Assembly: GCA_008632985.1 (NCBI GenBank)
Contig: QPGO01000002.1
Span: forward strand, 930,001-994,000
Direction: 5' to 3'
Source: Psammoneis japonica
Taxonomy: Eukaryota
Length of the DNA: 64,000 nucleotides
Within the stretch, counting starts at the first letter, position 1. Every line of letters starts with the position of its first letter. The position numbers and the translations under genes were made by a program. Under the pieces are notes generated by a model. That model saw only the letters and a list, made by a program, of their open reading frames with translations. It ran no database searches and was not told where the DNA came from. Positions 1 to 13,751 of the stretch are shown here, one piece after another.

Positions 1-558
1 TTCCATCAGCCAATGAAATCTCTTGTTTATGCTAGGACTTCCGTCGTAGACCTTCATACGCTCAGCCCATTCAGGGTCTCGACCAACTTGAATCTCGGAG
101 ACCCAGTGCATACCGGGGGCATGAAAATAGCCAGGGAGCTTCATATTGTAGAGAAAGCTGGCACGTTTTAACGGTAAGATAGGGCCAAGGATTCCCATTA
201 TTCTCTCTACTCCAAAATCATTGACAATATTCGCTGATGTCAATGTTTGTTCGCCTTTCCATTGATCGAGAAGTGTGCGGAGAAGCAGAAAACTCAACTT
301 CCGATCCATGTTCAAGTCCACAGCGCCTTCGGCTCCTCGGTCGAGATTTTTTGCCCATTCTTCTGCCCACATGTCAACATGTTTACGGGATTGGCGTTGA
401 TTAGCACGGATACGGTTGAGGCAATCGTTAACGATGCCGGAGTCGCACATATCGATGCACTCTTGGATATCTTTGCAGTTCCTGACAGCATCGAGAGCGA
501 TCCGGAATTCATCCTGCGGCCAATGGTGATATGCGGGTATCCTACTCTCTTCTGCCAT
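1..558 (-). CDS. Hypothetical protein, partial (runs off window start)
   Basis: Manual translation gives an open frame from ATG at 558 (MAEESRIPAYHHWPQDEF...) to base 1 with no stop. Not in the ORF track because it has no stop. No recognised motif. Confidence 0.5.
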   Translation of the reverse strand, partial: MAEESRIPAYHHWPQDEFRIALDAVRNCKDIQECIDMCDSGIVNDCLNRIRANQRQSRKHVDMWAEEWAKNLDRGAEGAVDLNMDRKLSFLLLRTLLDQWKGEQTLTSANIVNDFGVERIMGILGPILPLKRASFLYNMKLPGYFHAPGMHWVSEIQVGRDPEWAERMKVYDGSPSINKRFHWLME

Positions 559-853
559 CTTGAGAATGATCTTCTCTTGTCGGCTTTTCTCGGGACGAGC
601 CAGGAAAAGGAAAAGAGTCCGTCGCCGTTGAGTTGCTGAAATAAGGTATCTCGTTCATTGTGTTCATTGCAGAATTTGGGCGTGCACCCCTGTGGTACAG
701 TACAGTATGGGAGAATGGGAGAATATGGTGATGTCATGGTTACGTGGCAGTTTATATCTTATTCATTATATTTTTATATAAATGTCCTTACATTGATTTA
801 TGCATTTGTACACAAATGCTATTATAGTAGCAGGAAAAATCCTGAACCATGTT

Positions 854-2747
854 CTCCCCTAAAACTCTAGGGCCCTAACCACCAAAAACCGAGGGTTACG
901 GAAGCGCACTTTTGGCAGCTCTTTTCTCCGCACAAAAAACACGCGTTTTGACGACTCGACCATGATGATGCCTCGTGGTTCTTCCCCATCGCCTTCCCAG
1001 GACGCCGATCCTGCTGATGCCATTGCCAATGACACTGATGCAACAGGTGATGTCATCATTTCTCGTGGGTGTGACACATGCAAAAATGCACCACTTGAAA
1101 CCTTGCCAAGTCGCCTGCAAACAAGTGCCAATTCGCTGACCTCTCCAACTTGAAACTAAAAAATGTGAAAGCATGCCTGCCATCCAATTGTTGTCAGGTT
1201 TCTAATGCACAGAGAGAGAGCCACACAGTGTGTCTGCACATTCTAAAAATTAGACTGCACTCGAGCGCCAACCAAGCGTCGCCATTCATGTCCATCGATG
1301 TGTCATCCATCAGCAGGCCGTGGTTGCCTGGGTTTCCTGGTCTGCCGTCATCCATTGTGCTCCTTCCAAAGCAAAAACAATGACAGTGTCAACAGCACCT
1401 GTGGCAGTGAGGGCAGGAGTGACAGCATCGGGCATGCCAGGGGACCGAGATGCGGGCACGGCTTTGGAGTTCGTGATGGCATCTGTGGGAGGCAGTGGGG
1501 CGAGAATGAAAGAAGTGTGAGTTGTCAGCATTTCATTGTGGATGTCATTGGCAAAAGACAATGACAGTGTCAACAGCACCTGCGGCAGCAAGGGCAGGAG
1601 CAACAGTGTCGGGCATGCTGGGGGCCCGAAACGCAGGTGCGGCTTTGGAGTTCGTGACAGCATCTGTGGGAGGCGGCAGAGCGTGCAAACAACAGTGTGC
1701 AATTCCACAAGAGGCCACTCTTGCCATTTGAATTCTACACATGATGTGCAACATGCTGTTTTTGCAAGTTGCTAAAACAGAGGCAGGTGGCAACGTGCTT
1801 TTGGCAAATGCTCGCTGTGTTTGTCACTGTCAGACCTTCAAAACCGGTGCCATGTCAACAGCTGTGCTGCCACTTTGCATGCTGGCACCTTCTCTGCCCA
1901 CATTCCATTGGCTACGTCCTCCTTCACATGTTGCTGTGGTTGTGTTTGTGCAAGTTTCCTGGTCCGCCATCATCCATTGTGCTCCTTCCAAAGCAAAAAC
2001 AATGACAGCATCAACAGCGCCTTCAGCAGCAAGGGTGGGATCAACAGCATCGGGCATGCCAGGGGGCCGAAACGCAGGTGCGGCGTTGGAATTTGTGACA
2101 GCATCTGTGGGAGGCAGTGGGGTGAGAATGAAAGAAGTGTGAGTCATTGGCACTTCATTGTGGACGTTGTTGGCAAAAGACAATGGCAGTGTCAACAGTG
2201 CCTGTGGCAGTGAGGGTGGGAGCAACAGTGTCAGGCATGCCAGGGGGCCGAAGCGCAGGTGTGGCATTGGAGTTCGTGATGGCATCTGTGGGAGGCGGTG
2301 GGGTGAGAATGAAAGAAGTGTGAGTTGTTGGCAGTTCATTGTGGATGTTGTTGGCAAAAGACAATGACAGCATCAACAGTGCCTGTGGCAGCAAGGGCAG
2401 GAGTGACAGTGCCGGGCATGCCAGGGGCCCAAAACGCAGGTGCGGCATTGGAATTTGTGACAGCATCTGTGGGAGGCGGTGGAGCATGCAAACAACAGTG
2501 TGAGTTTGCAGCATCTTATTTTGTGTGTGTCACACCCACTAGAACCGGAACAATGACATTGCCTGTTGCTTCAGTGTTGTCAGCAACGACATCAGCAGGA
2601 TCGGCATCCTGGGAAGGTGATGGGGAAGAACCACAAGGCAACGTCATGGTCGAGTCGTCAAAATGCCTGATGTTTTGGTGTGTGCACTGTCTTCCGAAAA
2701 GCACGCTTCCGCACCCTCGGTTTTTGGTGGTTGGAGTTTCAGGGGAG
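854..2747. mobile_element. Non-autonomous foldback/long-TIR DNA transposon relic
   Basis: 854-~1090 (CTCCCCTAAAACTC..AACCACCAAAAACCGAGGG..GACGACTCGACCATGA..GTGGTTCTTCCCCATC..GGGTGTGACAC) is the diverged reverse complement of ~2515-2747. Interior holds ~180-bp repeats and no transposase. TSD not resolved. Confidence 0.75.
1375..2500 (+). repeat. ~180-bp tandem repeat, 5 copies in two blocks (2+3)
   Basis: Units starting CAATGACAG(T/C)(G/A)TCAACAG at ~1378, 1559, 2000, 2181 and 2361. Each contains GGCATG..GGGG.CC..CATCTGTGGGAGGC. Confidence 0.9.
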
Positions 2748-2849
2748 CTGTGGAATGGGAATTTTTGCTTGTGGAACATGCACACACATGTGGATGTTAA
2801 CATTGAAACTCAATGCACGGCGAAGCTGTGTGCACGCAACCACAAACAC

Positions 2850-4650
2850 ACACACAGCTCCCCTGCCACAGGGGCGTTGGGCGTGAGACTGTGAAATGAG
2901 GAATGAGTGAAGAGTGCATGGGGCTTTGGACACAGCGGGGCATGGGGGGGCCCACGATTTTCCTGTGATCGTGCCATGCAGACTCTGCGCAGCACGCAGC
3001 ATGTGCACCCATGGCCCAAGCAGTGCATCCATGGCCCAAGCAGTGCATCGTTCACGCGCAGTGTCGCGCAGTGCGGGGCCCCGCTGTGGGGGTGCCATCT
3101 TTTTTCCTAAAATCGCCCTGCTGCATCCAAAGGCCTGGCAAAGAGTGGCGAAGACACAGTGGCGAGGTGCGCGCGCATGGACACACGTGAAGAGAGAGCA
3201 GTCGCCCGCCGCAGATCGGTGGATGAGAATTTGGAGTGACGATGCTCTCCACTCTAGAGCCGTGAGCTCTTGTCTCGATGAGCCATTGTTGTTGCAGCCT
3301 CTTGTTGTTGCAACACCAATGGCTTCACCAGAGCTGCAGGCAGTCTAATTCTTGTCACCCTGCCACTCAACCCTGACCATGCTTGTGTGCATTTCCACAT
3401 GATCATGGGAGGAGGGGCACCCCCCCCTGCAGTGAGTCGTTGATGCCACCCCTTGACATGGATGCAGCTGAGCATTTGCCTTGTTCTTCAACAATGACCT
3501 CTCTGCCAAGTCTTGTTGTGCCAAGATTTTGATCTCAAACCACACCATCTCGCCATGTTGACCTCTCAACAGGCTCCCTGCCTGTGCCCAAACCCTGCTG
3601 TGGGGGGAAGGAAAGACACTGTTTGGGCCTTGAGCAGCAGCCATGGTGCACTGACACACTGCCAGTCACACTGCCAAACTCATGCCTCCATCATGTTGAC
3701 ACAACTTGCTGGTGTGGGACCACCAGATTGGGGTGACTTTCAAGCTGTCTCATGCCCCCCCAGTGGCAGCAGCCAATCATGAAATCAACAGCAACTCAGA
3801 TTGGCTGCACCAATCTGATTGTCAAACAAGAAAGAGTTGCCATTTGCAAAACACCCCAAGTTGTTGGACCTTGTCTCTTGCCATCATTTGCAACTGTGCA
3901 GCAATTTGTTGCAATTGAAAATGGACAGATGGACAGACTGAGTTGCTCTTTGCTCCTCGCCTTGCCATTTTTGTTTTTCACAACATGTGCCATGCATGGT
4001 GCCCAGGCCCATGAGCCCATGAGATGCGTGTGTGGAGGGTGGGCATTCTTGTGCAGAGAGTGCCCCTGCACAGTGGATCTGCACACACAGGCACAGGCAC
4101 AACCAATTGTTGCACATCACTTTGTTGCTTTGCACAATTTTTACAATTGACCCTCATGACCAATTGTTTGAACATGTTTTGCAGCTGATGAACACTGCAT
4201 GGAAGGGAGATGTCCCCCCCCGGCATGCTGGCAACTGAGGCCTCCTGCACCACTCACTGCTCTGTCATCATCCCACATTTTTTTTGGACAGGCTCTCACC
4301 CTTTTCAAGAAAATGGCCAAGGAATGTGGTGGAGGCACCACCGGCACCAAATTTTCCTCTGGCAACAAGCCAGCCAGCAGATTTGTCATGATGTGTGCAA
4401 GTTTTGTCGACCTGCCAAGCTCGTCTTTGTTGCTGCTTGGGCAAACAACTTCTGAGGTGGGTTGCTGTGTGGACTCCCTGTGGGCTTGCAGTGTCTTTGC
4501 CTGCTTCCCCAAAAAGATGTTGGCCTCCAACCTCCAAGGCATCATGTCACACCAGCACACAACCCTGGCTCTCCCATTTCCCTCTTTTCTTCGCAACACT
4601 TTGAAAAAAGAGCTCTTTTTAAACTTTTGATTTTGGTCCCATGATGGCAC
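2850..4650. other. TpA-depleted degenerate sequence (probable TE or gene relic)
   Basis: Almost no TA. Cys/His-rich ORFs in many frames. No recognisable domain. Confidence 0.5.
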
Positions 4651-5024
4651 ATCAAATTATCGCCATTTTTTCTTGTGGAAAACTTTTGTTTTGGGAAACT
4701 GAACTTTTGTGTTTACTTACATTCCTCTTCTTTGTCTGTGGTGTCTCTCGCTCTGCATCTATCAGCGCAGCCTCGCTCTCCGTTAGCACAGCATGTAAGT
4801 CAGTCCGCACGCCGTCGTCTGTCCGTAAGTACGTGAGTCACGGATAGTGCGAGAAAACCCGGATGTGCAACGGATGCAGCTTTCCAAAAAGCGTCGCCAA
4901 GCCAACACAATGCGCTGCATGCCGCTCGCAGTGTTATTGTGAGCATAGGGCCTACTAGTTTGTTTGTTTCTGATTATTGATCAGAGAGTAGCACCTCTTT
5001 TTGACATTATTCCACAATAATAAT

Positions 5025-7953
5025 ATGATGTCTGACACACACGTCAATGGCGTCACTCCGAAAAAGAAAAAGAAGAAACCCACCTTTTCTCCTTTGGAAA
5101 TAGATGCCGACGAAGAGTTGAGTTCGTTGGTTCAAGAAACCGGAGACTTTTCTCATGTTGTTTCCAAATTGACACTACGAAAACCCAAGTCGTCCGTCTT
5201 TGATGCTACCCATAATAATAATCATTCGTCGTATGCAGCCGCTCGTGTCTTGGGGTTGCTGCGCAATGCGGGAATTAGCAGTTTTGCCGTACGCAATGCG
5301 TTGTTTCTGTGTTTGTTGGGTGGCATGGTTTTCTTGTTTTTACACACCATGGATGATACGGTCAATATTATTGAAGACAATGTCCAACACTCGTCCAAAT
5401 ACAAGCAAAATCATCCACACTCTTCTTCGTTTGGTGGAACACAAAACATTGCTCACGTCGGTGGTGCCACCCTGCACGATAAGCATTCCACCGACAAGTT
5501 GCACGATTTGACCCTTCCCAAATCCAACGTCAAGGGTGCCGTGGTATCGTTGCAAAAAGCAAACGTCATTAATCATGTCGGTCATTATTGGCACGATCCG
5601 TACAATTCGCCGTTTGCGTCGTTTTTGCTCGAGAAAAATAGGAATGCATCGATTGAAGAAGCGGAAAAGAAGGAGTATGAAACGAAAATGCATCATGTGG
5701 CTCAACAGTGGGGTGCTTGGAATTTTACCGATACGGCATCCGAACGTCCCAAAGTCCAATGGGACAAGTATCCCTATCGTGATGCACCCCTATCGGAGTT
5801 TCCAAACACGTCGTGGCAAACCAGTCCTGCCTATATCCAGCAATTCTTAGCCGAAGCACAGTATCTCATTACGCGTGTCCTCGAAGGTATTTATATGGAA
5901 TACGGTCACGGTACGACAGATGACATGACACCGGTGGAAATCAAAAAGCGTGATGCACTCTTTGGTGTACGCATCGAACGAATCTCCGATATCAATGGTG
6001 CCACGGTTTCCAATAACCAACAAGATTCTGGTGTGGCCTATATGCATTCGCAAGCATCGTGGAATGGACTCGTGACCAAATTGTTGCACGGTATCGTGAC
6101 GCATGACTGGTTTCATGTCGTGTGGACGGGCAATGACAAGGCCACGGCCGGTCATGGGAATAATTTTGTCCAATCTCAAGCCATGCAATTTCATCATTTA
6201 ATGGAACCCGTCTTTGATTTGTTGGGTATGCAACTCATGACACGCAACATGGCTATGGATGCCAGCACTCTGACAAGTGCCTTGGCGGGTGCGAGTATTT
6301 ATGGTGAAGCCGATGTGATGCTGTACAATGAGGGAACAGCAGTGGATCACGATGATAATGGTCCCAGTGACTTGTTTAACCGTCAAGCCATTTTGGCGGG
6401 GGAGCGTGTTCCCGTTCTCTTTACAGACCGAGCCGAAGCCATTATGCGAGAAAGCAAGGGCAAGGCGTGGGTTGGTAGTTTGGAAAGTGATGCCAATGTT
6501 TGTGGTGAAATGAAGGATGCCCAAGGAACCGATGTGCCATGGGCATGTCGCGGCATGAAGTGTCCATCCAAGAATAAATCGTGGTGTGCACCACAATACG
6601 ATTCGGTTTGTTGGTTGGATCGAACCGATTACACTCCAACCAAGACACAAAAGGATCATGTCGACAATAATGGTGGAGCGTTTCCCGATCCCATTCATCA
6701 CCAATGGGAGGCACGAAAGCTGTCCTTGGTGATTTTGCACGCCATGCGGGCGGCTCTCGACAAGTTTCAAGAGGGAATCGACAAGGATGGCGTTCCACTA
6801 AATGAAGAGTATTGGCATGTCGGTGACAAGTACAAGGGATTAAAAAATACCGTCAAGGCCGAACCGCCCGCGGACGCCAACAAGGGTCCGTGTGAAACTT
6901 TTTTCAAGGAATTTCCAGCCGTGTGTCGTACGCCTATGCGTGGTGTTACCGAATGGACACCCCGCCGTGTGCCCACCAATTCCAGTTTGCGTAGCCTTGT
7001 CCGTCCAGACGTTTCCATTTGGACACGAGACACGTCGGTTCCCTATGACGATATGGACTTGTTGTCACCGTCGTGGAAGATTCCGTCGAATGAAGTGGAT
7101 GTTCATGCCATTGCCATTTCCACCACGGCGCCCAAACCCGAAACGAACGACTTTGGAGAATATACGGATGACAATACCGACTTTCTTGATGGTGATGACG
7201 AGTACTATTTTGATGACTTTCTACATGTAGGGGATGACTTTTATTTGAGACAACTCGAGGAAGAAGATAATGATGTGTCGAGCTCGAGACAAGACAACGG
7301 GGAACGGTCTAAACCATTCTTGAGACGGACAGCGGTCGAGGAGGCCAAGACGCGGATAGCATTGTTCCTGGTTACGGTTGGATCTTGTTTAATACCGCCC
7401 GAGGCTTTTGCGATGGCTCGCCGCAGTCAATATGTCGTCGAACGCCCGACAGCGATTGTCTCATGGCGGGACACAATGATGGAAAGGGTGGTCTTTTGGG
7501 GGATGCACAGAGCGGATGGCTCATTTTGACCATTCCAAGGGTACACAGGGGACTGATACTGGCACGATTCGAGACCAAGGTACCCATGAAGGACATTCCG
7601 AAATTGCAAGACGGTTGGTCTGCCACGACTATCAAGGTGATTCTGGTGCTCATGACGACAAAGAGGACGACAAGGGTGAAGGTCATGTGCATGGCGGTCA
7701 CGAGAGACAATTATACATTCCTTCTGATTTTACGTTTGATTACGCCATTAATGGCAAGATTACATCGCTGACGGGGCGCGAATTTGCAAACATGGGAGTG
7801 AGTCTCGTCGACGGCCTCACCGTGTGGCCGCTCTTGAACGACAGCGACGGTCATGCTTCGATTATTGGAAAGAAGATTGAACTCGCCATTCGAATTCGAA
7901 GCAAATCAAAGCAGGGAGCCAACTTGTTGCTGTCGCACCTTTACTTTGCGTAA
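5025..7953 (+). CDS. Large type II membrane protein of unknown function (diatom-type family), with apparent frameshifts near 7350 and 7600
   Basis: ORF 5001-7529 continues via 7385-7771 and 7516-7953. One N-terminal TM segment (ALFLCLLGGMVFLFL). AGHGNNFVQS motif. Confidence 0.75.
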
Positions 7954-8084
7954 CAAAATATCTGAAACTAGTCTACAAAGCAATACCTCATGATACCTGT
8001 AATGAAAACAACCCAACCCTATGGAGAATTACCTATTCTCTCTATGTAGCTATGATCCAAAACACCATGTAAGTCAAAGCGTCT

Positions 8085-11000
8085 CTACTGCAAGGGATAG
8101 TCATTGTCGTTCGATTGCCCATACAGGTATCCCGTGTCATTTTGGTCGAAATAATTCGGTTCCTCCTCGTCCATGTTCCTGGATCCCACCGAGTTGGAAC
8201 CAAAGTCGGACGCAATGTCATTCAGAGCCGGGGGCTCCGCGTCGTCATCGGAATACATCAAGGTTTGCCGCGTCGTGCTCATCTCGTCATCATAGTCGGT
8301 CGCCGTTTCATGATCTGCACAATGGCTGGAGTATCATCCATCGTCTCGGTAATGGGCGGTATCGTTGTCACGTCAACTCCATGATCCACTTCCACATCAC
8401 GTCTCCGGTAGTACAACACGTAGGCGGCACTCGACTTGACTTCGTCCGGATCCACATCCGTCGTGACACGGCTGTCGTCAAAGTTGCACCACTTGCCGTC
8501 ATCACTCAAGGCATATGCCGTGTAGTGACCACCCCCTAATCCCCCAAAGTGATTGCTCACAGCGTACAAGTCATAGATTGGCTTTTCTTCTTCGGTCCAC
8601 TGCATGACTTCCTTTGTCAGATCCAACCCCTCCAACGGAAAGTCAATGTACGTATCAATCTTGTCGCGGCGGTGCGTTGTGGCCGAGTAATGGAATCGTT
8701 TCAAGTGAATAATCAAAATCGGGGTGCTCGATACAAGTGAAACTGCTTCCACGCACGCACGTGCTCCTTGCATCGACTGCAGTACCACATTTCGCTATCC
8801 TCCAGCTGTTCCATGGCACAGTAACGTTCAATGCAATCAAACACGGTCGGGTCTTTTTAGCCGACCGTGTCTTTACACTCTCGTCCTCTTGTGACGCAGG
8901 AGGCTTCCACTCCTCCACGGTTTCGTACTCTTTCAAATCAAATCGCTCTTCCGACAATTCCTTGGGCCAATGCACACACACAGAACCACCCTGCGAAACC
9001 ACGTCGCACACTTTTTGTTGTTCATCCGGATGATTCGGGTCGGCTTGCCTAAACTGCTTGACAAAGTCGTCATGAGACACAGACAGCATTCCCAGCGTCC
9101 GATCGGATGCCTTGTACGAACTGTATTCGTTCGACTTGTTATCGTACGTGAGCGGGATCAAGTTCATAATTGGCACGTCCGACAGATCGGATACCGCCTC
9201 GGTATTCTTTTCCCCAAGATTGACATCGGCAAGATCTTGGTCTTCTGGAACGGCACTCGCTGTGGTTGCCGTGGACATTTCCTCCTCCGTCGTGGCGTCT
9301 TGTTCGGGCGGCACATGATCCTCCATCATGATGGGTGCATCCACCACTTGGGAATTCCGAATACAACGACCGAGTCTCTTGGAAATTTCTTGTCGCAATT
9401 CATACACCGTCATGGTGGGAGGGATACGCATGGCCAGTGGCAACGTAAAGGTCTTGTCACTGCTCGACATGGAGCTGTAACTGCTGTGCGGTGTCCATTT
9501 GTTGGCCGGTGGTTTTCGTTGAAAGCCAATTTGAATAATGATTCCATCCTTGTTTTCATTGAGCTTTTCCCTGAGACTCTCGGTAATGAAACTCTTGATC
9601 TTGACGGCACAACATTCCAACACACCCAAATCTTGGATGGTTCGGACATTACGAAATGCTCCAGACGACGCACAACGCTCCTCCATGGAAATTTTAATCG
9701 TCGTCTCTCGTCGTGCTGCTCTTGTTCCATGTCGTCGTCATCCTCGGTCTGGCATCATGACATGAATGTAGCATTTCAATAAAGCCCTCGAGCTTGAACA
9801 AAAATCAATAATTTCGGGTAGTCGTTCGTGCAATCGACGGGGATTAAACATGTTGAAAAACATGGTCGGTTTTCGAACCATTGGTTCCAACAGTTCAATC
9901 CAATCCTGATCGTCGTCCGACTCAAACTTGTCCAAGATATCTTGCGGCAATTTGGGTCCATGAGAAAAATGATACGTACCACCACTTGTATACCAACTCA
10001 TATCGACATCGTCCTCATCGGTAGACTCTTGTTGAATCGACGAGACGGATCGTAACTGAAAGGCATAGGTCTGATCCGTGTCTCGAATCTTGTCAATCTC
10101 ATCTTTTGGTTTGTGAAAATGATAAACTTCATTGCTCCACACATCGGCCAAGCAAATATCGTGTGCTTCCAAATCCGAATACTCCATCGACGACAAGACG
10201 TTGCACACGGCCTTTTGCAGGGTCAGCATACTGGCTGTCTTGCTCAACGTTACGTGAAGCTTTTGATGTCGTTGATTGGGATTCAACGGAACAAAGATAA
10301 TATCCAAAGTCCGATCCGTCGCACCGGGAATGGGCACCGACAGATACATGAATGGATCAAAGGTCGTCGAGACACGTCCACACGATTCACGGGACATTGG
10401 ACCCGACTCTTGACGAGACCGACAAATTGTTCCAAGACACGCGAATCTTCTCGTTGCAAGTGGGCACTCCACGCCTTGGCTGCCGCCACGTCGTCCGATT
10501 CGTGTTCGAGTTGTTCGGGTTTTTCGACATAGGGTTTTTTCGTGACGCGATTCGTGTCTTCGTGAAGAGCATCCAACAGGTACGTGGCGAGTTCGTGAGA
10601 ATCGTGTTGATCGTAACCCAAAAATTGTTCCGCGTGACGACCCAGTGTTGTTTTGAAACTTCGGGGATAGACGGTATTGTAGGTTTGAAAGCGATAGGCA
10701 CTTCGGGTATTGTAGAATTGCCGGTGGAATGGTTGTCACTCCACATTTCTTGTAGCAACTTGCTAAATTCCGTAGCCAATTCGCCTGAGCACCAGGGGAT
10801 TGTCTCGATTCAAATCTTGCATGTAGGCATCACTCAAAAAGTATCGTCGGAGGGGATGCGTGTGTGCCAAACACTGTAGAGTGGAATTCATAAAGCACGT
10901 GTTTCCCAAATTACCCAACCCTTGGCGTGATAAATTTGGTGTCTTCTTGATGATGCAGAGTAGCAGCTGTTGTGGTTGTAGAGGGAGGAAGCATCAAGAC

Positions 11001-11805
11001 GGGTTCGGATGATACAATGTTGTTTTCCGAAACAGGTTGGAACTACACAAGGTGGATAAGGAGGGGAGAGCGCATGCAGTAGAGACGCAAAAGTGTGAGA
11101 ACATCCATACAACAACTATCTAGCGCACACAAACCACAACAACCCACTCACCAATTCATCATCATTCTCTTCTTCTTCTTCTTCCGAAACAATATCCGAC
11201 GACGATCGGTTTCGTGTGGGTGTCATGCTGTATCCAATCGACATGCCACATTCAAATTTCCCATGGGGTGGAATGTCAATGTCCAGATTGGGTGCCAATG
11301 CACCACGTATTCTCCCGCCGCCGTTGCTTGTACGGGACGTTTCAATTCGACATCAAAACCAAATTTACTACTCAACAACATCCACGTATGACTTCCAATC
11401 AAATAATAATCGACACCATACACCATGGCAAATGCAATTGTCCGTTTTCCAAAAGCAATTCGGAATTGTCAATGGCAACCATGGGACGTTCCGACGAGCG
11501 TCCCTGCAAATACTCACAGACCGATTCCATCCAACGACATGAAATCATATAAAACGACATGGACAACAAGGACGCTTCTCCTGAAAGTAATTCGTTCGTC
11601 TTGGTCACGTCGGCGTCCTGTTATTGTAGAGAGGGTGTGTGTGTGTGTTAGTACATGAGAGAGATTTATTTGCGTACACAAAAAAGTTCAGACGACTACT
11701 CACGTGTGCGGCTTCAAAGGCGGATGGTATGGAATCATAAGAATTGATTTGTTGCATCACATTGTCATTATTCGATATATCGTCATGAGTAGTTAGCATC
11801 ACCAT
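8085..11805 (-). CDS. Ubiquitin carboxyl-terminal hydrolase, USP4/11/15-like; several apparent frameshifts and a probable intron
   Basis: Cys box [19 protein letters not shown] (~10865-10920), [28 protein letters not shown], His box [36 protein letters not shown]. Confidence 0.92.
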
Positions 11806-12168
11806 GTTTGTTGTTGTTGTTGTTGTTGTTGTTTTAGACCAAACAAAGGCGTTGTTGGTGTGTGTTTGAGGTGTTGTGTGTGAACACCGCCAGTCGAGGA
11901 GTCGAGGGTCGATCGATCGAGTGAGAGAGATTCCGCACGCGTCAAAGGCATCTACGTAGAACACAGTATGGAATTTACGTGACACGTCATCACCGTCTTG
12001 CTGTCAGCCAGTCTGCTTTTTGAAGCTCAGTGAGTTGGAGTGGAAAAATCACTCGCGAGCTCTCACAACACAACAACAACATCAACAGCGCAAGTCATTG
12101 CTACTACTATAACCTTACCGTTATTTGTCAAGACTTACACAACACGTTCTCCATCCCACAATAACATC

Positions 12169-13638
12169 ATGTTGTGCTACTACTTGTTGTTGTTACTACT
12201 ATCCTTATTCAAAAACAACAATGTTTGTTTGGCAAGCAAACACAATTTCGTAGCAAAACACGACAGTCGACTCGTGATTGCACCCATCGGAACGCCTTTT
12301 GGCTTTACCATGGGTGGTGAATACAATTTGACCGTCAATGACTTTGAATACAAGGGTCCAGGCAAGGCTGGATTTTTATTGAAAAGATTTGAATCGGAAA
12401 ATGATTTTTTTGCAACCCTCCAACAATACCAAGGATCCGGTAATGATGATGAAGCTTGTGTCTGGGAAGCCTTTCGAGAGCAGACGGACGACTTGTTTGG
12501 TGAAGATGACGAAAAAAGCAATACAAACGACACTACGACGATTGAAAATGGAATTTTCTTATCCATGGACAAGGTGAAAAAGTCAGATCGTCCCAATGTG
12601 TTTTACAAGTTTCAATCCAAACAACAAGAAGGACTTTATGTGTTGATGTATCAAATTTGTGGTGTCTCGCCCAAAGAACACGGCGTGTCTTCGAGTTTTG
12701 AATTGGATTTGATCTTTCGCAATTATGATTCCTTGGGTTATGCATCCTACCTGACGGCGGGTGAAATGAAATTGCCTTGTTGTTTTTGTATTTTTTCATT
12801 TGTTATTCCATGTTGTTGGGGATTTGGTTTTGTAATATACGCAAAATACAAGCTTCGACAGAAACAACAACAAACCCAAGGTGTTTGCGATTCATCATTT
12901 AATGACGGTTTTACTCATGATCAAGACGTATCGATTCTCTTGACGAGTATACGGTATCATTATCTCAAGATTTCCGGACACGCCGATTTGTGGTCCGTGG
13001 CGTATTATGTCATGCTTTTCATCAAGGGCACTTTTTTGTTTGTCGTGATTTTATTGATTGGTTCCGGTTGGTCCTTTGTCAAACCCTTTTTATCACAAAA
13101 GGAAAAACGCATCATTATGTTGGTGTTGGTGTTGCAAGTCTTGGACAATGTCGCTCTTGTCGTTTTGAATTCCGAAACCGAAGGCGAATCGTGGTATAAC
13201 GATTGGAGTGCCGTGTTGCATTTGGTGGATATCGTCTGTTGTTGTGCCGTACTCATTCCCATTGTGTGGCATGTCAAGGCTCTAGAAGAAGTCACGTCGG
13301 GAGAAACAACACGCAGTGTCGAACAACAAGAATCCGTCATGACGTTGGAAAAGTTAAAATTGTTTCGATCCTTTTATCTCGTGGTGGTGGGGTATATTTA
13401 CTTTACACGAATTGTCGTTTATCTCTTTTCGACGACGTTGGGATACAAACACACGTGGTTGCGGTACCTCGTGACGGAATTTGGGACCTTGCTGTTTTAT
13501 ATTGTTACGGGAATACTCTTTCAACCCATGACCGATAATCCGTACTTGGCATTGAGTAGTACGGAAAACAATCAGGAAGAAAACAATAGTGGTTTGGCAT
13601 TGGAAATGGGAAAATTGGAAATCAACATCAAGGATTGA
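12169..13638 (+). CDS. GPR107/GPR108-like (lung seven-transmembrane receptor family) protein
   Basis: Signal peptide, YLTAGEMKLP, ILLIGSGWSFVKPFLSQKEK, VDIVCCCAVLIPIVW, KLKLFRSFY..VVGYIYFTRIVVYL. A short out-of-frame stretch at ~12780-12930 suggests compensating indels. Confidence 0.9.
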   Translation: MLCYYLLLLLLSLFKNNNVCLASKHNFVAKHDSRLVIAPIGTPFGFTMGGEYNLTVNDFEYKGPGKAGFLLKRFESENDFFATLQQYQGSGNDDEACVWEAFREQTDDLFGEDDEKSNTNDTTTIENGIFLSMDKVKKSDRPNVFYKFQSKQQEGLYVLMYQICGVSPKEHGVSSSFELDLIFRNYDSLGYASYLTAGEMKLPCCFCIFSFVIPCCWGFGFVIYAKYKLRQKQQQTQGVCDSSFNDGFTHDQDVSILLTSIRYHYLKISGHADLWSVAYYVMLFIKGTFLFVVILLIGSGWSFVKPFLSQKEKRIIMLVLVLQVLDNVALVVLNSETEGESWYNDWSAVLHLVDIVCCCAVLIPIVWHVKALEEVTSGETTRSVEQQESVMTLEKLKLFRSFYLVVVGYIYFTRIVVYLFSTTLGYKHTWLRYLVTEFGTLLFYIVTGILFQPMTDNPYLALSSTENNQEENNSGLALEMGKLEINIKD

Positions 13639-13751
13639 ATAGGCATAATTAACTTCAAACCTTTTTTAAAATGGTTCTACTGCTCAGAAACACACTCGCA
13701 TCTCGTATGTGTCTGCTGTTGATTTCTATTCAGACAATGGCGCATGATTGA

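Noticed and set aside
1375..2500. CRISPR-like array
   Set aside because: Whole ~180-bp units repeat with no unique spacers, there are no cas genes, and the context is eukaryotic.
3254..3285. GAGCCGTG...TCGAT.AGCCA similarity with ~52865 as a shared transposon terminus
   Set aside because: The match is too short, and no convincing partner TIR or TSD was found.
11806..11833. (GTT)n microsatellite
   Set aside because: Ordinary short simple repeat just upstream of the USP start.
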